Source: a bacterium
GTDB lineage: Bacteria; UBA8248
Length of the DNA stretch: 64,000 nucleotides
Assembly: GCA_965261085.1 (NCBI GenBank)
Contig: OZ253442.1
Coordinates: 4,160,001-4,224,000, forward strand
Reading direction: 5' to 3'
The translations under genes and the position numbers were made by a program. Numbering within the stretch: position 1 is the stretch's first letter; each line of letters begins with the position of its first letter. Below, piece by piece: positions 28,980 through 39,503 of this stretch. The notes below the pieces were generated by a model. The model had not been told where the DNA came from. It searched no databases and saw only the letters and a program-made list of their open reading frames with translations.

Positions 28980-29009
28980 AAAAGCCCCCCGGGTTTCCCC
29001 GGGAGGCTT
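28980..29009 (-). terminator. Intrinsic terminator, copy 2
   Basis: AAGCCTCCCGGGGAAACCCGGGGGGCTTTT. Confidence 0.8.
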
Positions 29010-29031
29010 TATTTCGTTTCAGGCTCCATTG

Positions 29032-29067
29032 CTAGAAGCCGGGGTCCTCGTCGAGTGTATGGAACAT
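29032..29067 (-). CDS. 11-aa peptide MFHTLDEDPGF
   Basis: TAAGGAG RBS overlapping the upstream stop codon, 8-nt spacer. Confidence 0.6.
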   Translation of the reverse strand: MFHTLDEDPGF

Positions 29068-29079
29068 CGCTCGTTCTCC

Positions 29080-29652
29080 TTAGTATAGATGATGTCCTCT
29101 GGCTTTCGCGGTGGCGAGTTCGACATTGAGCAGTTCAATTCTTTCCCTGGCTACGCTCAAACTCTTGAGCATTTTCTCACGCGCTCTCAGATAAATGGCG
29201 ATGACACCAACGACCGCTATCGTCATCGGAGAAATCAGGACCATGTGCGCCGCCATGATTTTAGATATTTCACTTCTGAACGCATAAATTCTGTTTCTCG
29301 TCTCTTCGTTTTCGATGCGCTCGGTCCGCTCCCGCCATTCGGCGTAGTCGTTCGCTACATGTGAATTCCCGGAACGCGCGAGGCTGACCATGCTCATGAC
29401 GATTCTCCAGATCGTAACGCGGTGCCCGTAACGAATCAGCGCATTGATGAGCAGCCTGAGGTCCGTATATGCGGGATGGGTGAACTCTAAGTGGCCTGCG
29501 TTCGCGTATTCAAACAATTCATCCCTGAGCTTGAACAGTCTTTGCCTGAAATAATCGACGCGGTACGGAATCCAGAACTGATACCAAATCAGCCAGGCGA
29601 TGAACAACACCAAGCAGAACCTCAAGACGTGAAGAGCGTCTTCTCCAATCAT
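29080..29652 (-). CDS. Hypothetical membrane protein
   Basis: N- and C-terminal hydrophobic segments; YRVD.FRQRLF.LRDELF...HPAY..LR..IN..IR; GGAGG RBS. Confidence 0.7.
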   Translation of the reverse strand: MIGEDALHVLRFCLVLFIAWLIWYQFWIPYRVDYFRQRLFKLRDELFEYANAGHLEFTHPAYTDLRLLINALIRYGHRVTIWRIVMSMVSLARSGNSHVANDYAEWRERTERIENEETRNRIYAFRSEISKIMAAHMVLISPMTIAVVGVIAIYLRAREKMLKSLSVARERIELLNVELATAKARGHHLY

Positions 29653-29656
29653 TCGT

Positions 29657-30058
29657 CTAATCCTCCGGCCTGGATTGACCCTGTCGGGTGAGGCGGCTGG
29701 AATTGCGATTCGCGTCTATCAATTTCTCATACTTTTCACGGATATCGTGAAATTGCTCTATCGTTTTTCGCCTGAGAGACCTCTCAAATCGCCATCCCAC
29801 AAGAGCGATAATCAACGCAAGGACCAGAAAACCTTCCAGCTTCCCGGAAACAACGCGGGCTATCGCCTTGATTCCAATATCGAGTATTGTTGATTTGCCT
29901 GCAATGGAGTCTAGCGCAAGATAGATGAACCAAACAATAACCGTCAAAAACACCCATTTTGTTTGGGAAATCGTATGGTGCCATATATCGAGTTTTCGAT
30001 TCTGGATGAGGAAATCGCGCTGTTCCTGACGCTCACGAGGTGACGGTCGTCTGCTCAT
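29657..30058 (-). CDS. Hypothetical 2-TM protein
   Basis: Two TMs then RRKTIE...EK.ID.NR.SS.LT..G..RPED. Start may extend to 30124. Confidence 0.65.
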   Translation of the reverse strand: MSRRPSPRERQEQRDFLIQNRKLDIWHHTISQTKWVFLTVIVWFIYLALDSIAGKSTILDIGIKAIARVVSGKLEGFLVLALIIALVGWRFERSLRRKTIEQFHDIREKYEKLIDANRNSSRLTRQGQSRPED

Positions 30059-30169
30059 AACTTTCTCAGTGACGCATGATCCTCGTGGTGCAATATTCAT
30101 AGAACATCCGATGAATCCATGCAACTCGCTTTGGCATAAAGCGATGCCTCCCCTCCCCGTCGGAACTGC

Positions 30170-30550
30170 CTACTCCCGCATCCCGCCGAATTTCCATTCC
30201 AGATCGAGCGGAAAATCCTCCTGCATCTTCTCGACGTAGGAGAGCACGTCCTCGCGGCGAAAGCGCGCGCTCTTAAACGAGGGATGGTTCTCGGGCTGTT
30301 TGACGCCGGCGCGCGGGGGCGGGCGGCGCAGATAGACGGGCCGGAGGCAGGGCGCGTCGCTCGAGCAATCCTCGGCGATGATGGCGTCGAGCGTGCGGTA
30401 GCTCTTATAGCCGAGCACCTTGGCGAGCATGGGTTTGGTGAGAAACGCTTCTTCCTCGAGAATCCGGCGCGGGGTTCTCGGGTCGGGCGGGGCCTGTTTC
30501 TTGCTCCTCTCGCGCCTCTTGCGCCCTCGGGTATTCTTTGCGGGCGGCAT
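30170..30550 (-). CDS. Xis/MerR-like DNA-binding protein, copy 2
   Basis: About 10 nt and 5 aa differences from copy 1 by manual comparison; TGATG-coupled to the upstream gene. Confidence 0.65.
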   Translation of the reverse strand: MPPAKNTRGRKRRERSKKQAPPDPRTPRRILEEEAFLTKPMLAKVLGYKSYRTLDAIIAEDCSSDAPCLRPVYLRRPPPRAGVKQPENHPSFKSARFRREDVLSYVEKMQEDFPLDLEWKFGGMRE

Positions 30551-30831
30551 CAGCAAAGCGCCTCGGTGAGCGGGGTGACGGACACGTCGCGGCGGCGGGC
30601 TCTCTTGGCCCGGACGAGCGCATCGGCGCGCGCTCGCGCGGAGGCGAGATTCGGGAAGATGAGACTCACGCGCCTCTCGCGGGTGAGATCGCGGTAGACG
30701 AGCAGTGCGGCTTCTTCGGGCACGCCGAAGCCCTCATCCATGAGATCGGAGAGCGTGCGCTCATGGGTTCCGATGAAAGAGGCGGCCTCGTTCATGACGT
30801 ACCTCCCGGACATGCGCATGGTGATTCGCAT
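30550..30831 (-). CDS. Hypothetical phage-like early protein
   Basis: AAGGAGG RBS; coupled to the HTH gene. Confidence 0.65.
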   Translation of the reverse strand: MRITMRMSGRYVMNEAASFIGTHERTLSDLMDEGFGVPEEAALLVYRDLTRERRVSLIFPNLASARARADALVRAKRARRRDVSVTPLTEALC

Positions 30832-31141
30832 GGCGCCTCCTTGATGAGAAGTGATACATGCCCGGATGACCCGCGTGGTCTTGAAGGTGCAATGGACTCG
30901 GAAGGGGGCGCCTCGCGGGCGGTTCGAGGCGCCGTTTTCGGTGGGGAAGATGGTGGGGTGTCGCGGGACGGATCATCCGGGCAAGCTGAATTCCTGAAAA
31001 TATCGATAAATTTAGATAAATTGACGGGGTTTTTCGATAAATTCATGGAATTTCCTTTTTTCTTCATAAAGTCAATAATATCAATCAAATAACTCATTCA
31101 TCCGTTTGTGTGCGATCTGCTCGTTCGCACATCAAGCACCC

Positions 31142-31172
31142 TGAATATATCTATATATATTCATATTGTCAA
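31142..31172 (-). promoter_or_regulatory. Near-consensus sigma70 promoter overlapped by a palindromic operator
   Basis: TTGACA-N17-TATATT; TGAATATAT-ctat-ATATATTCA inverted repeat at 31142-31163. Confidence 0.7.
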
Positions 31173-31252
31173 TAAAAATATATATAAATAATTATATCTG
31201 GAGGTATGTCCGTACAAACTATTGATAGGAAAGGAGTTGCGGAAAGGTTGCG

Positions 31253-32137
31253 CTAGTCGATATCCCTGCCCAGAAGCTCGATGAAGCGCTTTACGCCGCC
31301 GTGGAGCTGCTTGTCGCGTCTGTGGATGAGACCCAGGGGCCGGATGATGCGCTCCCCCTCGAAGGGCAGCACCGCCAGCGTGTTCATGGCCCTTTCGTTG
31401 TGAACGGCCGAGCCGGGCAGAATGCTCACCCAGGTGTCGATGAAGAGCGCCTCTTTGATGCTCTCCACGTTGTCGAACTCCATCACGACGTCCACGCTCA
31501 CGCCCGCTTTGCGCAAGACCCTGTCTATGGCGTTGCGAATGGAGAGATCGCCGTCGAACGCCACGAAGGGCTCCCCCGCGAGGTCGGAAACCCTTACCGC
31601 GTGGCGAAAGGCAAGTTGATGCCCCGGATGAGAGACGAAGAACATGGGCTCATCCTTGAAGGGCACGACCCGCAGCGCCTTGTCGCGCGGGGGGTAGGAG
31701 AGAATCCCGACGTCGGCCGTATCGTCCAGAACCGATTGCACCACCTTCTCCGGATGCAGACATTCCAGACGAACCCGCGCCTGGGGATACAGGGTGCGGA
31801 ACCGCTGCATGTAAGCGCCCATCTGGTGAAGACCCACCGAGTAGATGGCGGCGACGCGCACCTGCCCATGCACCTCGCCGATGCCGTGTGATATCTCCGC
31901 GCAGACCTGGTCGAATTCCCCCAGCATCTTGCGGCAAGCCTCATAAAACCGGGCGCCTTCTTCGGTGATGCCGAAAGGCCGCTTGCTCCTGTCGAGCAGC
32001 TCGACGCTCAAATCCCCCTCGAGCTGGCGAAGCGCCTGACTCGCTGCGGACTGGGTCACGCCGCTTTGGGCGGCTCCCTTGGAAAAACTTCTCTCCTGGA
32101 TGATGCGGCAATAGAGCCGCAAGGTCTCGATGTTCAT
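31253..32137 (-). CDS. LysR family regulator divergent from gltBD
   Basis: SFSKGA...TQSAASQ..RQLE..L...LLDR; MEFDNVESIK. Confidence 0.93.
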   Translation of the reverse strand: MNIETLRLYCRIIQERSFSKGAAQSGVTQSAASQALRQLEGDLSVELLDRSKRPFGITEEGARFYEACRKMLGEFDQVCAEISHGIGEVHGQVRVAAIYSVGLHQMGAYMQRFRTLYPQARVRLECLHPEKVVQSVLDDTADVGILSYPPRDKALRVVPFKDEPMFFVSHPGHQLAFRHAVRVSDLAGEPFVAFDGDLSIRNAIDRVLRKAGVSVDVVMEFDNVESIKEALFIDTWVSILPGSAVHNERAMNTLAVLPFEGERIIRPLGLIHRRDKQLHGGVKRFIELLGRDID

Positions 32138-32344
32138 GAGAAAAGGCTACAACATAATCTATTCTAATGCAATATATTAAAAATTTTAGTTTGTCTTATT
32201 TTCATAGTCATGTTATAGTCTGGATTCTGTTGTATGGAAATCACCACACGATATCCATAAGACGCATTCAGAAGTTCCCTCGTACCATGGGAAGACGGGG
32301 AACTTGCCGAGAGAGATACTCTGAGAGAGAAAGTTGGTGAAACA

Positions 32345-35300
32345 ATGAGAAAACCCTTACAAAAACAGGGTCTGTATGATCCTGCCTTCGAGCACGACGC
32401 ATGCGGCGTGGCTTTCGTCGTGGACATCAAGGGGCGCAAATCCCACGACATCGTCCAGAAATCCCTCACCATTCTCCGCAACCTCGCCCACCGTGGCGCT
32501 ACGGGGTCTGAAATCAACACGGGCGACGGGGCGGGAATTTTAATCCAGATACCCGACAAGTTCTTGCGCAAGGCTTGTGAGGCCGAAAAATTCAGGATTC
32601 CGGCGGAAGGCCGCTACGGGGTGGGTTCGGTGTTTCTCCCCAAATCCTCGAGCCGGGCGAATGAGTGCGAACAAATCTTCGAGTCCATCGTGTACGAGGA
32701 GGGAGCCGTCGTTCTCGGCTGGAGGCCGGTGCCGAACGATCTCTCCTCGGTCGGGCCCACGGCGCGCGAAACCGCGCCGCAATTTCGCCAGGTCTTCATC
32801 GGCGGATTCGATGACTCCCTCGACGCCATGGGGATAGAACGTAGGCTCTACGTCATCAGAAAGCGCGTGGAGCACGCGATTCGCGAATCGGACATAAGGG
32901 ACGAGTTCTTCATCCCCTCGCTCTCCGCGCGCACGATGGTCTACAAGGGAATGCTCACCGCAACACAACTCGAAGACGTATTTCCGGATCTGAGCGACCC
33001 GGACATGGAATCGGGACTGGCGCTCATCCACTCGCGCTTCTCCACCAATACGTTCCCCTCCTGGCCCCTGGCGCACCCGTACCGGTGCCTCGCCCACAAC
33101 GGGGAGATAAACACCCTGCGCGGCAACATCAACTGGATGCGCGCCCGGGAGGTGTTCTGCAAATCTCCGCATCTGCCCGATCTGGAGAAAATCCTGCCCA
33201 TCATCGTCGAGGGCGGAAGCGATTCCGCCATCTTCGACAACGTGCTGGAATTTCTCTACATGGCCGGCCGGGAATTGCCCCATGCCGTGTTGATGATGAT
33301 TCCCGAGCCCTGGGTGGGCCATGAGTCCATGAGCGCGGAGTTAAAGGCGTTTTACGGGTTCCACGCCAGCCTCATGGAGCCGTGGGACGGCCCCGCCTGC
33401 ATCACGTTCACCGATGGTTCGGTCATCGGCGCCGCGCTGGACAGAAACGGCTTGCGGCCCGCCAGATACTACGTCACGCACGACGACCTGCTCGTCATGG
33501 CGTCCGAGGTGGGCGTTCTCGACATCCCGCCCGAGAACGTAAAGCTCAAAGAACGCCTCCACCCGGGACGAATCCTTCTCGTGGACACCGAAGAAGGCCG
33601 CATCGTCGACGATGAGGAAATCAAGTCGCGCTATGCTTCGGAGCATCCATACAAGGAGTGGCTGGAGGCGCATCTACTGCACCTGAACAGGCTGCCGGAC
33701 GCTTCGGAACTTCCCGAACCCGACCACCAGACCATCCTCAAAAGACAAAAAGTCTTTGGATACACGCAGGAAGATCTGCGGTTTTTCATCGGCCCCATGG
33801 TGAACCTGAAAAACGATCCCACGGGTTCGATGGGCAACGACGCGGCGCTCGCCGTCCTCTCGAATCGGCCGCGCCTTTTGTACGATTATTTCAAGCAGTT
33901 GTTCGCCCAGGTGACGAACCCGCCCATCGACGCCATTCGCGAAGAAATCGTCACGCAGCTATCCTCCACCGTAGGCCCGCAGAAAAACCTGCTGGCCTCG
34001 GAACCGGACTCCTGCCAGCAAGTGAAGCTCGATTCCCCCATTCTCAGCAACGGGGATCTCCACAAACTCGCTCGCATCGATCAGCCGGGTCTGAGAGCGG
34101 TCACCCTGCCCATTCTCTTCTGGGCCGAAGATGGCCCCGAGGGCCTCAAGCAGGCGATGGAGGAGTTATGCAGAAAGGCCAGCCGCGCCATCAAGCAGGG
34201 CTATAGCTTCATCATCCTCTCGGATAGAGGGGTATCGAAAGAGTACGCCCCGATCCCCGCCCTTCTGGCCACCGCCGGCGTTCATCACCATCTCGTGCGG
34301 GAGGGAACCAGAACGCGCATCGGGCTTATCCTCGAAACGGGCGAAGCGCGCCAAGTGCATCACCTGTGCCTGTTGCTCGGCTTCGGGGCCGCGGCCATCA
34401 ACCCGTATCTCGTTTTTGAAACCATCGACGACATGATCAGAAACGGGCTTCTCAACGACATCGACCCCGACACGGCCAGGAAGAACTACATTGCCGCGCT
34501 CAACAAGGGCATCCTCAAGGTGATGTCCAAGATGGGCATCTCGACCATCCAGTCGTATCGCGGCGCGCAGATATTCGAGGCCATCGGCTTGAAGCGCGAT
34601 TTCGTCAAAAAATATTTCACCTGGACGGCCTCGCGCATCGGTGGGATCGGCATCGACGTCGTGGCCCAGGAAACCCTGAAGCGGCTCAAAAACGCCTTCC
34701 CCGAAAGGCCCGTCGGCTCTCAGGAACTCGAAGGCGGCGGAGACATCCAGTGGCGCAGGGACGGGGAATTCCACCTGTTCAACCCCGAGACCGTGTTCAA
34801 GCTGCAGCACGCCACGATGTCGGGGCGGTATGAGATTTTCAAGGAATACACCGGCAAGGTGGACAACCAGAACAAGCATCTGGCCACGCTGCGCGGTCTT
34901 CTGGATTTCAGGACGGCGGAAAACCCCATTCCTCTCGAGGAGGTGGAGCCCGCCGAGGAAATCATGAAGCGCTTCAGCACGGGCGGCATGTCCTACGGGG
35001 CCTTGAGCTCCGAGGCCCACGAAACGCTGGCCATCGCCTTAAACCGCATCGGCGGAAAATCCAACTCGGGCGAGGGCGGAGAGGACTCGAAGCGCTATAC
35101 GCCCGATGAGAACGGCGACTTCAGGCGAAGCGCCGTGCACCAGGTGGCGTCTGGACGCTTCGGGGTAACGAGCGAGTATCTGGTCAACTGCACCGACCTG
35201 CAGATAAAAATGGCGCAAGGCGCCAAACCCGGAGAAGGGGGCCAGCTCCCCGGCCACAAGGTCTATCCCTGGATAGCCAAGACGAGGCACTCCACGCCCG

Positions 35301-36895
35301 GGGTGGGGCTCATATCCCCGCCGCCGCACCACGACATCTATTCGATTGAAGATCTGGAGCAGTTGATATACGACCTCAAAAACTCGAATCCGCAAGCGGG
35401 TGTTCACGTGAAGCTCGTCTCCGAGGTGGGCGTCGGCACCGTGGCGGCGGGAGTCTCCAAGGCCCATGCCGATACCATTCTCATCTCGGGCCACGACGGC
35501 GGAACCGGCGCGTCTCCCATCACGAGCATCCTCCATGCGGGCACCCCCTGGGAACTGGGGCTTGCGGAAACCCAGCAGGTCCTCGTGCTCAACAGGCTGC
35601 GCGACCGGGTGGCCGTCCAGGTGGACGGGCAGATGAAGACCGGTCGCGACGTCATAGTGGGCGCCCTTCTGGGTGCGGATGAATACGGCTTTTCCACCGC
35701 GCCGCTCGTCGTCATGGGCTGCATCATGATGCGCGTGTGTCATCTCAACACCTGCCCCGTCGGCGTCGCCTCCCAGGACCCGAAACTTCGCGAGAAGTTC
35801 GACGGGAAGCCCGAGTTCGTGGAGAACTTCTTCCGCTTCGTCGCCGATGAAGTACGCGAATACATGGCCATGCTGGGCTTCCGCACGATGGGGGAGATGA
35901 TTGGGCGCGTGGACAGGCTCGACACCAAAAAGGCGGTGAACCACTGGAAGGCGAAGGGCCTTGATTTCTCGGCCATCCTCCATAAGCCGGACGCCGGACC
36001 CGACGCGGCGATTCACCAGATCACCAAGCAAGACCACGGACTCGAACACTCGCTCGACATGCGGGAGCTCCTGCCCAGGTGCAAGGATGCGATTGAAAAC
36101 AAAACGCCGGTAGCCTTCGAACTCCCCATCCGCAACACCCACAGGACGGTGGGCACCATCACGGGCTCGGAGATAACGCGCAAGTATGGCGGGGAGGGCC
36201 TGCCGGAGGACACCATCCGCATTCACTTCACCGGCTCCGCCGGGCAGAGCTTCGGCGCCTTCATCCCGAAGGGAATGAGCCTGACGCTCGAAGGCGACGC
36301 CAACGACTACATGGGCAAGGGTCTCTCGGGCGGAAAATTGATCGCCTATCCCCCGAAAGGGGCCGGCTTCGTGCCGGAGGAGAACATCATCATCGGTAAC
36401 GTGGCGCTCTTCGGGGCCACCTCGGGTGAGGCGTATTTCCGGGGCGTGGCCGGCGAGAGGTTCTGCGTGAGAAACAGCGGCGCGTATACGGTGGTGGAGG
36501 GCGCGGGAGACCACGGATGCGAATACATGACGGGCGGCCGCGTCGTCATCCTGGGAAAGACGGGCAGGAACTTCGCCGCAGGCATGTCGGGCGGCGTCGC
36601 CTACGTGCTCGATGAAGCGGGCGACTTCTCCAGGCGCTGCAACATGGAAATGGTGGACGTCGAGCCGCTGCAGGCGCCCGACGACGTCGAGGAAGTGAAA
36701 GACCTCATCAAGAAGCATATCGAATATACGGACAGCGCGCGGGCCAGGGATATCCTCGACGCCTGGGATGAGAACCAGCCCCGCTTCGCAAAGGTGATGC
36801 CCAGAGACTACAAGCGCGCGCTGGCGGCCATCGAAGAGGCGAAAGAAAAAGGCATACCGTGGGAAGAAGCCGTCATGGAGGGAGCCCATGGGTAA
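32345..36895 (+). CDS. gltB: Glutamate synthase large subunit
   Basis: [48 protein letters not shown]. Confidence 0.98.
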   Translation: MRKPLQKQGLYDPAFEHDACGVAFVVDIKGRKSHDIVQKSLTILRNLAHRGATGSEINTGDGAGILIQIPDKFLRKACEAEKFRIPAEGRYGVGSVFLPKSSSRANECEQIFESIVYEEGAVVLGWRPVPNDLSSVGPTARETAPQFRQVFIGGFDDSLDAMGIERRLYVIRKRVEHAIRESDIRDEFFIPSLSARTMVYKGMLTATQLEDVFPDLSDPDMESGLALIHSRFSTNTFPSWPLAHPYRCLAHNGEINTLRGNINWMRAREVFCKSPHLPDLEKILPIIVEGGSDSAIFDNVLEFLYMAGRELPHAVLMMIPEPWVGHESMSAELKAFYGFHASLMEPWDGPACITFTDGSVIGAALDRNGLRPARYYVTHDDLLVMASEVGVLDIPPENVKLKERLHPGRILLVDTEEGRIVDDEEIKSRYASEHPYKEWLEAHLLHLNRLPDASELPEPDHQTILKRQKVFGYTQEDLRFFIGPMVNLKNDPTGSMGNDAALAVLSNRPRLLYDYFKQLFAQVTNPPIDAIREEIVTQLSSTVGPQKNLLASEPDSCQQVKLDSPILSNGDLHKLARIDQPGLRAVTLPILFWAEDGPEGLKQAMEELCRKASRAIKQGYSFIILSDRGVSKEYAPIPALLATAGVHHHLVREGTRTRIGLILETGEARQVHHLCLLLGFGAAAINPYLVFETIDDMIRNGLLNDIDPDTARKNYIAALNKGILKVMSKMGISTIQSYRGAQIFEAIGLKRDFVKKYFTWTASRIGGIGIDVVAQETLKRLKNAFPERPVGSQELEGGGDIQWRRDGEFHLFNPETVFKLQHATMSGRYEIFKEYTGKVDNQNKHLATLRGLLDFRTAENPIPLEEVEPAEEIMKRFSTGGMSYGALSSEAHETLAIALNRIGGKSNSGEGGEDSKRYTPDENGDFRRSAVHQVASGRFGVTSEYLVNCTDLQIKMAQGAKPGEGGQLPGHKVYPWIAKTRHSTPGVGLISPPPHHDIYSIEDLEQLIYDLKNSNPQAGVHVKLVSEVGVGTVAAGVSKAHADTILISGHDGGTGASPITSILHAGTPWELGLAETQQVLVLNRLRDRVAVQVDGQMKTGRDVIVGALLGADEYGFSTAPLVVMGCIMMRVCHLNTCPVGVASQDPKLREKFDGKPEFVENFFRFVADEVREYMAMLGFRTMGEMIGRVDRLDTKKAVNHWKAKGLDFSAILHKPDAGPDAAIHQITKQDHGLEHSLDMRELLPRCKDAIENKTPVAFELPIRNTHRTVGTITGSEITRKYGGEGLPEDTIRIHFTGSAGQSFGAFIPKGMSLTLEGDANDYMGKGLSGGKLIAYPPKGAGFVPEENIIIGNVALFGATSGEAYFRGVAGERFCVRNSGAYTVVEGAGDHGCEYMTGGRVVILGKTGRNFAAGMSGGVAYVLDEAGDFSRRCNMEMVDVEPLQAPDDVEEVKDLIKKHIEYTDSARARDILDAWDENQPRFAKVMPRDYKRALAAIEEAKEKGIPWEEAVMEGAHG

Positions 36896-38339
36896 GCCGA
36901 CGGGTTTTGTGGAATTCGGAAGAGAAGCGCCCAAAACGAGGCCCGTGGAAGAACGCGTCCACGACTGGGGCGTGGTCTATCTCCCCACGCCACACGAGAC
37001 ACTCCAGCGCCAGGGCGCGCGGTGCATGGACTGCGGCATTCCCTTCTGTCATCAGGGGTGCCCGCTGGGAAACCTGATTCCGGACTGGAACGATCTGGTC
37101 TACAAGGATTTGTGGAAAGACGCCATCGATCGGCTCCATGCGACGAACAATTTCCCCGAGTTCACCGGCTGGCTCTGCCCGGCTCCGTGCGAGGATTCCT
37201 GCGTTCTCACGATCAACGACTCTCCGGTGACGATCAAGGAGATCGAAAAATCCATCATCGAACACGCTTTCGAGCAGGGCTGGGTGAAGGCGACTCCACC
37301 CGCGGTCCGCACCGGGAAGAAAGTCGCCGTCGTGGGCTCGGGCCCTGCGGGTCTGGCCGCCGCCCAGCAACTCAACTGGGCGGGACACTATGTGACCGTG
37401 TTCGAGCGCGACGACAAGCTCGGCGGGCTCATGCGCTACGGAATACCGGATTTCAAGATGGACAAGACCTATATCGACCGGCGCACCCAGCAGATGGAAG
37501 AAGAGGGTGTGGCGTTCCACGTGAACGCGAACGTCGGCGTCGACCCCAAGATGTCAGAATTACAGGAAGAATTCGACGCCATCGTGCTGGCCGCAGGCGC
37601 CCTGCAGCACAGGGATTTACAGATTCCGGGCCGTGAGATGGAAGGCATCTACTTCGGCATGCAGTATCTCACCATGCAGAACCGAAGGCTCGCGGGCGAG
37701 GACATACAGGATGAGGAGTTTATTACCGCGAAGGACAAGCGCGTGGTCGTCATCGGAGGCGGCGACACGGGGGCGGACTGCGTGGGCACCGCGCACAGGC
37801 AAGGGGCCAAATCCGTCCGGCAGTTCCAGTACCACCCTCGTCCCCCGGATACGAGAGACCCGCTGAGCGACCCCTGGCCGAACTACGCGAACATTTTCCG
37901 CACCCCGCCGATCTATGAAGAAGGCGGTAAGCGCATCTTCCAGATCCAGACCCGCCGGTTTATGGGCGAAACCGGCCACGCCAAAAAAATCGACACCGTG
38001 CGGGTGGACGAAACCCAGGATGAGAACGGAAGGGTCGTATTCACCGAGATCCCGGGTACGGAAGAGGAAATCGACGCGGACCTCGTTCTCCTGGCGATCG
38101 GCTTTCAGGGACCCGACTGCCACCCGCTGATGGACGAGTTGGCGCTCGAGCGCACCGGGCACGGCGCGGTGAGCCGCGACGAGCGATGGATGACGAGCAC
38201 GCCCGGCGTCTTCGTGGCGGGCGACATGATGCGCGGCGCATCCCTGGTCGTCTGGGCGATTGCGGACGGACGCTCCTGCGCCCGCGCCGTGGATGAATAC
38301 CTGATGGGAGAATCCTACCTGCCTGCTCCGCTGGATTAG
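36888..38339 (+). CDS. gltD: Glutamate synthase small subunit
   Basis: [33 protein letters not shown]. Confidence 0.98.
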   Translation: MGKPTGFVEFGREAPKTRPVEERVHDWGVVYLPTPHETLQRQGARCMDCGIPFCHQGCPLGNLIPDWNDLVYKDLWKDAIDRLHATNNFPEFTGWLCPAPCEDSCVLTINDSPVTIKEIEKSIIEHAFEQGWVKATPPAVRTGKKVAVVGSGPAGLAAAQQLNWAGHYVTVFERDDKLGGLMRYGIPDFKMDKTYIDRRTQQMEEEGVAFHVNANVGVDPKMSELQEEFDAIVLAAGALQHRDLQIPGREMEGIYFGMQYLTMQNRRLAGEDIQDEEFITAKDKRVVVIGGGDTGADCVGTAHRQGAKSVRQFQYHPRPPDTRDPLSDPWPNYANIFRTPPIYEEGGKRIFQIQTRRFMGETGHAKKIDTVRVDETQDENGRVVFTEIPGTEEEIDADLVLLAIGFQGPDCHPLMDELALERTGHGAVSRDERWMTSTPGVFVAGDMMRGASLVVWAIADGRSCARAVDEYLMGESYLPAPLD

Positions 38340-38511
38340 GGGCGCAGACTCTACCCACCCCGCCAAATCCCCTCTCGTAACTGCACCTCCAAGGCGCTCA
38401 AAGGGTTTGATTATTGAACGGACGGACAAAATAGTTGACACCGCCGGGATTCCCGTATATTGTTTGTGTAATGCGAATGCAATACGTATATTATGCGAAT
38501 GGAGTGTCATC

Positions 38512-38799
38512 ATGAGCCAAGAAATTCTCACCGCTATCGCCAAGCTGGACGAAAAAACAACCACCGCTATCGCCAAACTGGACGAAAAAACAACTACCGC
38601 TATCGCCAAACTGGATAAAAAAACAACCAAGGCCGTTTCAGAAATAAGAAACAAAATCGCCTCTTTCAGGGAAGAAACCAACCAGCGATTCGACAAACTT
38701 GAATCAGAGATGAGCGATGGTTTCGAAAAACTCGACGGCCGCATGGTGAGTTTGGAGGCGCAAGTAGAGGCCCTGAAAGAAAACAAGGAGTGGGAGTAA
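38512..38799 (+). CDS. Coiled-coil hypothetical protein with 11-aa repeats
   Basis: GGAG RBS; (TAIAKLDEKTT)x3 encoded by 33-nt repeats at 38530-38628. Confidence 0.65.
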   Translation: MSQEILTAIAKLDEKTTTAIAKLDEKTTTAIAKLDKKTTKAVSEIRNKIASFREETNQRFDKLESEMSDGFEKLDGRMVSLEAQVEALKENKEWE

Positions 38800-38971
38800 G
38801 TAAATGCACTGCGTAGTTATGGGCTTTAAGTACGCCATACGGCAGCCTTATTGACGTATCAAGACTGCCGTTGTAAAGCAAGTTGCAAAAATTAATATTG
38901 TAACTAGGCACCTTCGCCTGAGGTGAGTAGCCGCCCATGAAGAGTACCTATCACCATCTGGGGGAAAAACG

Positions 38972-39265
38972 ATGAACCTTTCGGCAGTTTTACTCAAACG
39001 AGACGTAATGAGCGAATGGACTGCTCAGTGTCTCGAATATGATATCGCCGCTCAAGGCAAGACAATTCAAGAAGCTATTAAAGCGTTATATACCCTCCTA
39101 TCAAGATATGTGAACGAGCGAGAGGGTGGATTGGAAGGCATCCCGCCAGCACCTGACTTTTATCGCAAAGATTTCCGCAAAGGTGCTCCAATGGAAATGC
39201 AGAAAATCACGTGGAGGAAGAAACCTAAAACCCCCCAATTTGAATTATTGGCAAGAGCAGTCTAA
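38972..39265 (+). CDS. HicB-like protein (IS passenger)
   Basis: WTAQCLEYDIAAQGKTIQEA. Confidence 0.65.
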   Translation: MNLSAVLLKRDVMSEWTAQCLEYDIAAQGKTIQEAIKALYTLLSRYVNEREGGLEGIPPAPDFYRKDFRKGAPMEMQKITWRKKPKTPQFELLARAV

Positions 39266-39499
39266 GTGGCACCCCCATATCCTTTTGCTAAGATGCCGAC
39301 GCTGGAGGAATTTGTACGTCGCTCTTGCGAGGAATACGAATGCGAGTATTATGAAGATGATCGGCGTTTAGTTTCACCAAACTCGGATATTTTCATTCAG
39401 GATATGCCGAATAATCGAGTATTGACCCCTGATGTTTTGAGAAGCTACTGCAACCTTTTGGGCATACCAACGGGTGCATTTGGATTGCATCTAGGTTAA
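39266..39499 (+). CDS. Divergent HicA-like partner (IS passenger)
   Basis: Abuts the HicB-like stop; LTPDVLRSYCNLLGI resembles the HicA C-terminal helix. Confidence 0.45.
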   Translation: MAPPYPFAKMPTLEEFVRRSCEEYECEYYEDDRRLVSPNSDIFIQDMPNNRVLTPDVLRSYCNLLGIPTGAFGLHLG

Positions 39500-39503
39500 T
39501 CCC

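Noticed and set aside
28429-30550. Diversity-generating retroelement TR/VR pair
   Set aside because: Differences between the HTH copies are not adenine-specific and no reverse transcriptase is present.
1750-31256. One intact prophage
   Set aside because: No integrase, Mu transposase, capsid or tail genes and no att repeats seen; long runs of housekeeping genes lie between the modules.
35039-36934. 631-aa antisense ORF in gltB, and similar long shadow ORFs elsewhere
   Set aside because: Expected by-product of high-GC codon usage opposite well-recognised genes; no motifs.
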